This document shows, one piece after another, positions 61,228 to 64,000 of a DNA stretch of 64,000 bases. Under the pieces are notes generated by a model. That model ran no database searches. It was not told where the DNA came from and worked only from the letters and a program-made list of their open reading frames with translations. Both the position numbers and the translations under genes were made by a program. Every line of letters starts with the position of its first letter. The first letter of the stretch is position 1. This DNA comes from a virus: positions 25,960 to 89,959 of IMG/VR virus record IMGVR_UViG_3300020202_000066; one strand, written 5' to 3'.

Positions 61228-61298
61228 GCCTCCGTGGGCCAGTGGCTGGCCAGTCGGCTTCAAACCGATGCAGGCCGGTTCGATCCCGGCCGGGGGCG
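61228..61298 (+). tRNA. tRNA with UCA anticodon (opal suppressor-like)
   Basis: gcctccg/cgggggc acceptor, ggcca/tggcc D-stem, gtcgg-ctTCAaa-ccgat, gccgg-ttcgatc-ccggc; TATGCT -10-like box just upstream. Confidence 0.85.
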
Positions 61299-61312
61299 CA
61301 TAGGAGGTCCCC

Positions 61313-61663
61313 ATGGTCTTCACGTGAATCTCCGATCCCGCCTATGTGTACGTCCTAGTGCGCTCTGACCTCACGGTTCCGCAGCAGGCAGTGCAGTCTG
61401 CCCATGCCGTGCTTGAGGCATCCCGCCAAGGCCTGATCCCCGCAGGCATCGATCACCCGAATCTCGTCCTCTGCCACGTGTCCGGGTTCACCCAGCTTCT
61501 CGATGAGGCGGAAAATCTCCGCGCGCTGGGAGTTCAGCTGGCCGTCTTCAACGACTCGGATCACAAGTTCCCATCCACCGCTCTCGCAACGGAGCCGATC
61601 CGCGGCGACCGCCGCCGACTCTTCAAACGGTTTAGGCTTCTCAAGGAGGCCATCCATGCCTAG
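61313..61663 (+). CDS. Peptidyl-tRNA hydrolase 2-like protein with in-frame TGA at codon 5
   Basis: AGGAGG RBS then ATG GTC TTC ACG TGA; YV.VRSDL..Q.AVQS.HA...TALATEP...F..F.LL. Confidence 0.75.
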
Positions 61664-62126
61664 CGCCCAGCCCATCGAACAGCAGCCCGTCACCCATCGC
61701 AGCCGCTGGGGATTCCATCCCTGCAGCCATGCCACCTTCCTGAAGTTGAAGGCGCTCAAGAAGGCGTACTGGGAGGCAGTGCGCGGACTGGCGCGGTGGA
61801 TCCGCTGGAACAGGAAGCTGCCAGCGAACCAGGTGCGAACCGAGATCATCCGAGACACCCAGGGGCGTCCGTGCGGCCGGCGTGTGCTCGGCCCGATCCC
61901 GGAGCCGATCTACTGCCCGGTGTTCGGTCGCGTGACGAAGCTCAACCCGTCCCGGACGGTGCCGGGCCAGCTGGCGGACTACAAGATCGACGAGGCCGTA
62001 GCGATTGCTCGCCGGCCGACCGAGGAGCCGTTCGAGAAGCCACTGCCGATCTCCGAGGCGTTCATCGATGAGCTGTACGATCGGCTCGTGGAGTGGGAGA
62101 GACTGCCGAAGATCAGCGCCGAGTAG
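61656..62126 (+). CDS. Hypothetical phage protein
   Basis: AGGAGG RBS; SRWGFHPC motif. Confidence 0.6.
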   Translation: MPSAQPIEQQPVTHRSRWGFHPCSHATFLKLKALKKAYWEAVRGLARWIRWNRKLPANQVRTEIIRDTQGRPCGRRVLGPIPEPIYCPVFGRVTKLNPSRTVPGQLADYKIDEAVAIARRPTEEPFEKPLPISEAFIDELYDRLVEWERLPKISAE

Positions 62127-62165
62127 AAAGGAAGAGAACGCGCGGTGGCGGCGGCCGGACCGATG

Positions 62166-62759
62166 CTACTTGGTTGTAGCACGGCCGGCCGGGTGAGGAG
62201 CTGAAGCGGCCTCTGTATGGCCCCCCTCTACATTGAGCTGATCGGCGAGATCTCCCAGAGTCCGATCGCCTCGCCAGGTGCAGGCAAAATCGCCGAACAG
62301 CTCTGCAGCTTTCCGACGGTAGGCTTCGTGCGCTTCGATCTCAGTTGAATACGTTCCCAGGCAGAGTGTTTTTCGACGAATCGCAATCTGGGCCATGAAG
62401 CCTCTGCCGTTCTTGCGCACTCCCTTGAGGAACTTCCCGTGTCCCTTCATGTTCCATGCCTGCTGCTGGTGCGTGGCAATTCGTAGATTGGCTATGCGGT
62501 TGTCGTCGCGGATTCCATTGATGTGGTCCACTTCATCGGAGGGCCACTCTCCGTAGTGCAGGATCCACGCGAGTCGGTGGGCGCGGTAGAGCCGACCATT
62601 GACTTTGATTGCGAGATATCCTTTGGTGTCGAGGGATCCCGCAGCGGTGCCCGCGTACCGTGTGTTCCAGGTCCGGCAAACTCCGGCGCGGTATAGCCAG
62701 TAGATGACACCGGTCGATGCGTCGTAGCGTAGAAGCGCTCGCAAGGCCTCGGCGTCCAT
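62166..62759 (-). CDS. HNH homing endonuclease with AP2-like domain
   Basis: YRAHRLAW, VDHING.RDDNRI.NLR, LG.Y.T..EA..AY. Confidence 0.9.
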   Translation of the reverse strand: MDAEALRALLRYDASTGVIYWLYRAGVCRTWNTRYAGTAAGSLDTKGYLAIKVNGRLYRAHRLAWILHYGEWPSDEVDHINGIRDDNRIANLRIATHQQQAWNMKGHGKFLKGVRKNGRGFMAQIAIRRKTLCLGTYSTEIEAHEAYRRKAAELFGDFACTWRGDRTLGDLADQLNVEGGHTEAASAPHPAGRATTK

Positions 62760-63292
62760 CAGCGGAGAGGCTCCGAGTGTGCGAGATGGGTCTTGATGTT
62801 CTCGGCGTATACTGCCGCGATCGCGGTGTCGCGAAGAATGATGAGATTCTCGGCGTTGCGAACTTCCGCCGACTGCGTGAAGTTGTAACTTCCTGTGGAC
62901 ACGATCCCGCCGTCGATGACGATGACCTTGTTGTGCGCGATGGCGTGCTTTGAATCGATCCATACAGGAACGTTTCCGGCTCGGACAGTCCGCGACCTGG
63001 ACTTGGGACCACGCTGCGACCGATCGACGACAACACGCACATCCACCCCCCTGGTCCGTGCCGCTACGAGGGCTGAGGCGATCGGCGCTGACGTGAAGCT
63101 GTAGGCCTGGAGCAGGATACTTCTCCGCGCTCGAGTGATCAGACGCACGATCGCTTCTTGGCAGCCGCCACGTGGCGAGAAGTGAACCTCTACTGCGGGC
63201 GACTCCGGAGGGACGTACCCGCTGGGCGGAAGGGCGCTGGCCGTGCCGGCGAGCATTACCAGGAGCAGTAAGGATCGGCAGCGCATGACCAC
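62759..63292 (-). CDS. Phospholipase-D family (Nuc-like) endonuclease with signal peptide
   Basis: FSPRGG, AYSFTS, HNKVIVID, TGSYNFT, NAEN. Confidence 0.9.
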   Translation of the reverse strand: MVMRCRSLLLLVMLAGTASALPPSGYVPPESPAVEVHFSPRGGCQEAIVRLITRARRSILLQAYSFTSAPIASALVAARTRGVDVRVVVDRSQRGPKSRSRTVRAGNVPVWIDSKHAIAHNKVIVIDGGIVSTGSYNFTQSAEVRNAENLIILRDTAIAAVYAENIKTHLAHSEPLR

Positions 63293-63323
63293 CTCTCTTC
63301 GTGGAAGTCGTTGGGCCCGAACC

Positions 63324-63755
63324 TTACTCGCGACTATTGACCGCCCTCATCTTGAGCGCTTCCGGTCGACGGAGGCCCTTCCAGGACTTGCCCCGCTTCA
63401 ACCTCGAAACCACGTCAAAAGCCACATCGAGAAGGCCTGCGACATCCACGATTCGCTTCCCCGCCGCAAGCAAGGCCAGCGCCTGGCGGGCTTGGCTCTC
63501 GGTGAGCTTGGGGATGCCTCGCCGTCCGCTGCGAGTCCATACGCCCTTCTTGAGATGGTTCGCGGAAATCTCGCGCTGGAGGCACCCGCAGGACCGGGTT
63601 TCCCCGCGACGCATGTCGCGGCCGCGCACCATCACCTCGGTTCCGCAGTCGCAGACGGCTCGCCATTTCGTGGGGCGGCTACCCGGGACACGGGCGATCG
63701 CACATAGCCGGCCGAACTTCCAACCGGCGAGGTCGATGAGCCTACTGCCGGGCAT
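63324..63755 (-). CDS. Homing-endonuclease-associated DNA-binding protein
   Basis: DL.G.KFGRL, CDCG, T.SCGC, C-terminal HTH. Confidence 0.65.
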   Translation of the reverse strand: MPGSRLIDLAGWKFGRLCAIARVPGSRPTKWRAVCDCGTEVMVRGRDMRRGETRSCGCLQREISANHLKKGVWTRSGRRGIPKLTESQARQALALLAAGKRIVDVAGLLDVAFDVVSRLKRGKSWKGLRRPEALKMRAVNSRE

Positions 63756-64000
63756 TGCCGCTCAGCGCGGGCCGGCCATCGCGACGAGTCTGTGGATCGA
63801 GCCGATGGGCAGCTGATCGACCGACTGCTTTCCGGACTGCCTGCCTCCCGGGACAACGCACTGGCGACACTCCACCTCGCAGCCAGGGAACGCACCCTTC
63901 CGCCACACCATCGAGTGGCCACAGGTCAGCGACGCGACCTTGAACGCGCCCGGCGGCAGCTCCTGAACGTGCACCTTAACTCCCGTCATCATTCCTCCGT

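Noticed and set aside
61228-61298. UCA tRNA as tRNA-Sec
   Set aside because: It has a 7-bp acceptor stem and short variable loop, and no sel genes were seen
1-64000. Genome-wide UGA recoding (code 4/25)
   Set aside because: Many genes end in TGA within ATGA/GTGA overlaps, and long genes are intact under code 11

Overview
This window is 64 kb of a high-GC temperate tailed phage, apparently in its non-integrated form: an intact attP (3' half of tRNA-Arg(UCU), with arm-type repeats on both sides) lies next to the integrase. From left to right it holds: small early genes, a nuclease, an SNF2 helicase, excisionase and integrase (1-9.7 kb); leftward regulators with duplicated sigma70 promoters; an amidase and ThyX; a minus-strand array of 33 tRNAs covering all 20 amino acids (16.5-20.5 kb); a two-gene moron, a macrodomain protein, an ECF sigma factor and a second tyrosine recombinase; a leftward Mu-like head/siphovirus tail module (31-60 kb); and a replication-like gene with iterons. 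Two features stand out. (1) The tRNA array is divided into sub-clusters, and five of the six are preceded by a short ORF whose codons match the tRNAs immediately downstream. Two of these have a full RBS-leader-antiterminator-terminator architecture, suggesting ribosome-stalling attenuators that switch on the specific tRNAs the host lacks. (2) A separate UCA-anticodon tRNA sits directly upstream of a Pth2-like gene with an in-frame UGA at codon 5. All calls are by eye; no database searches or folding programs were run.
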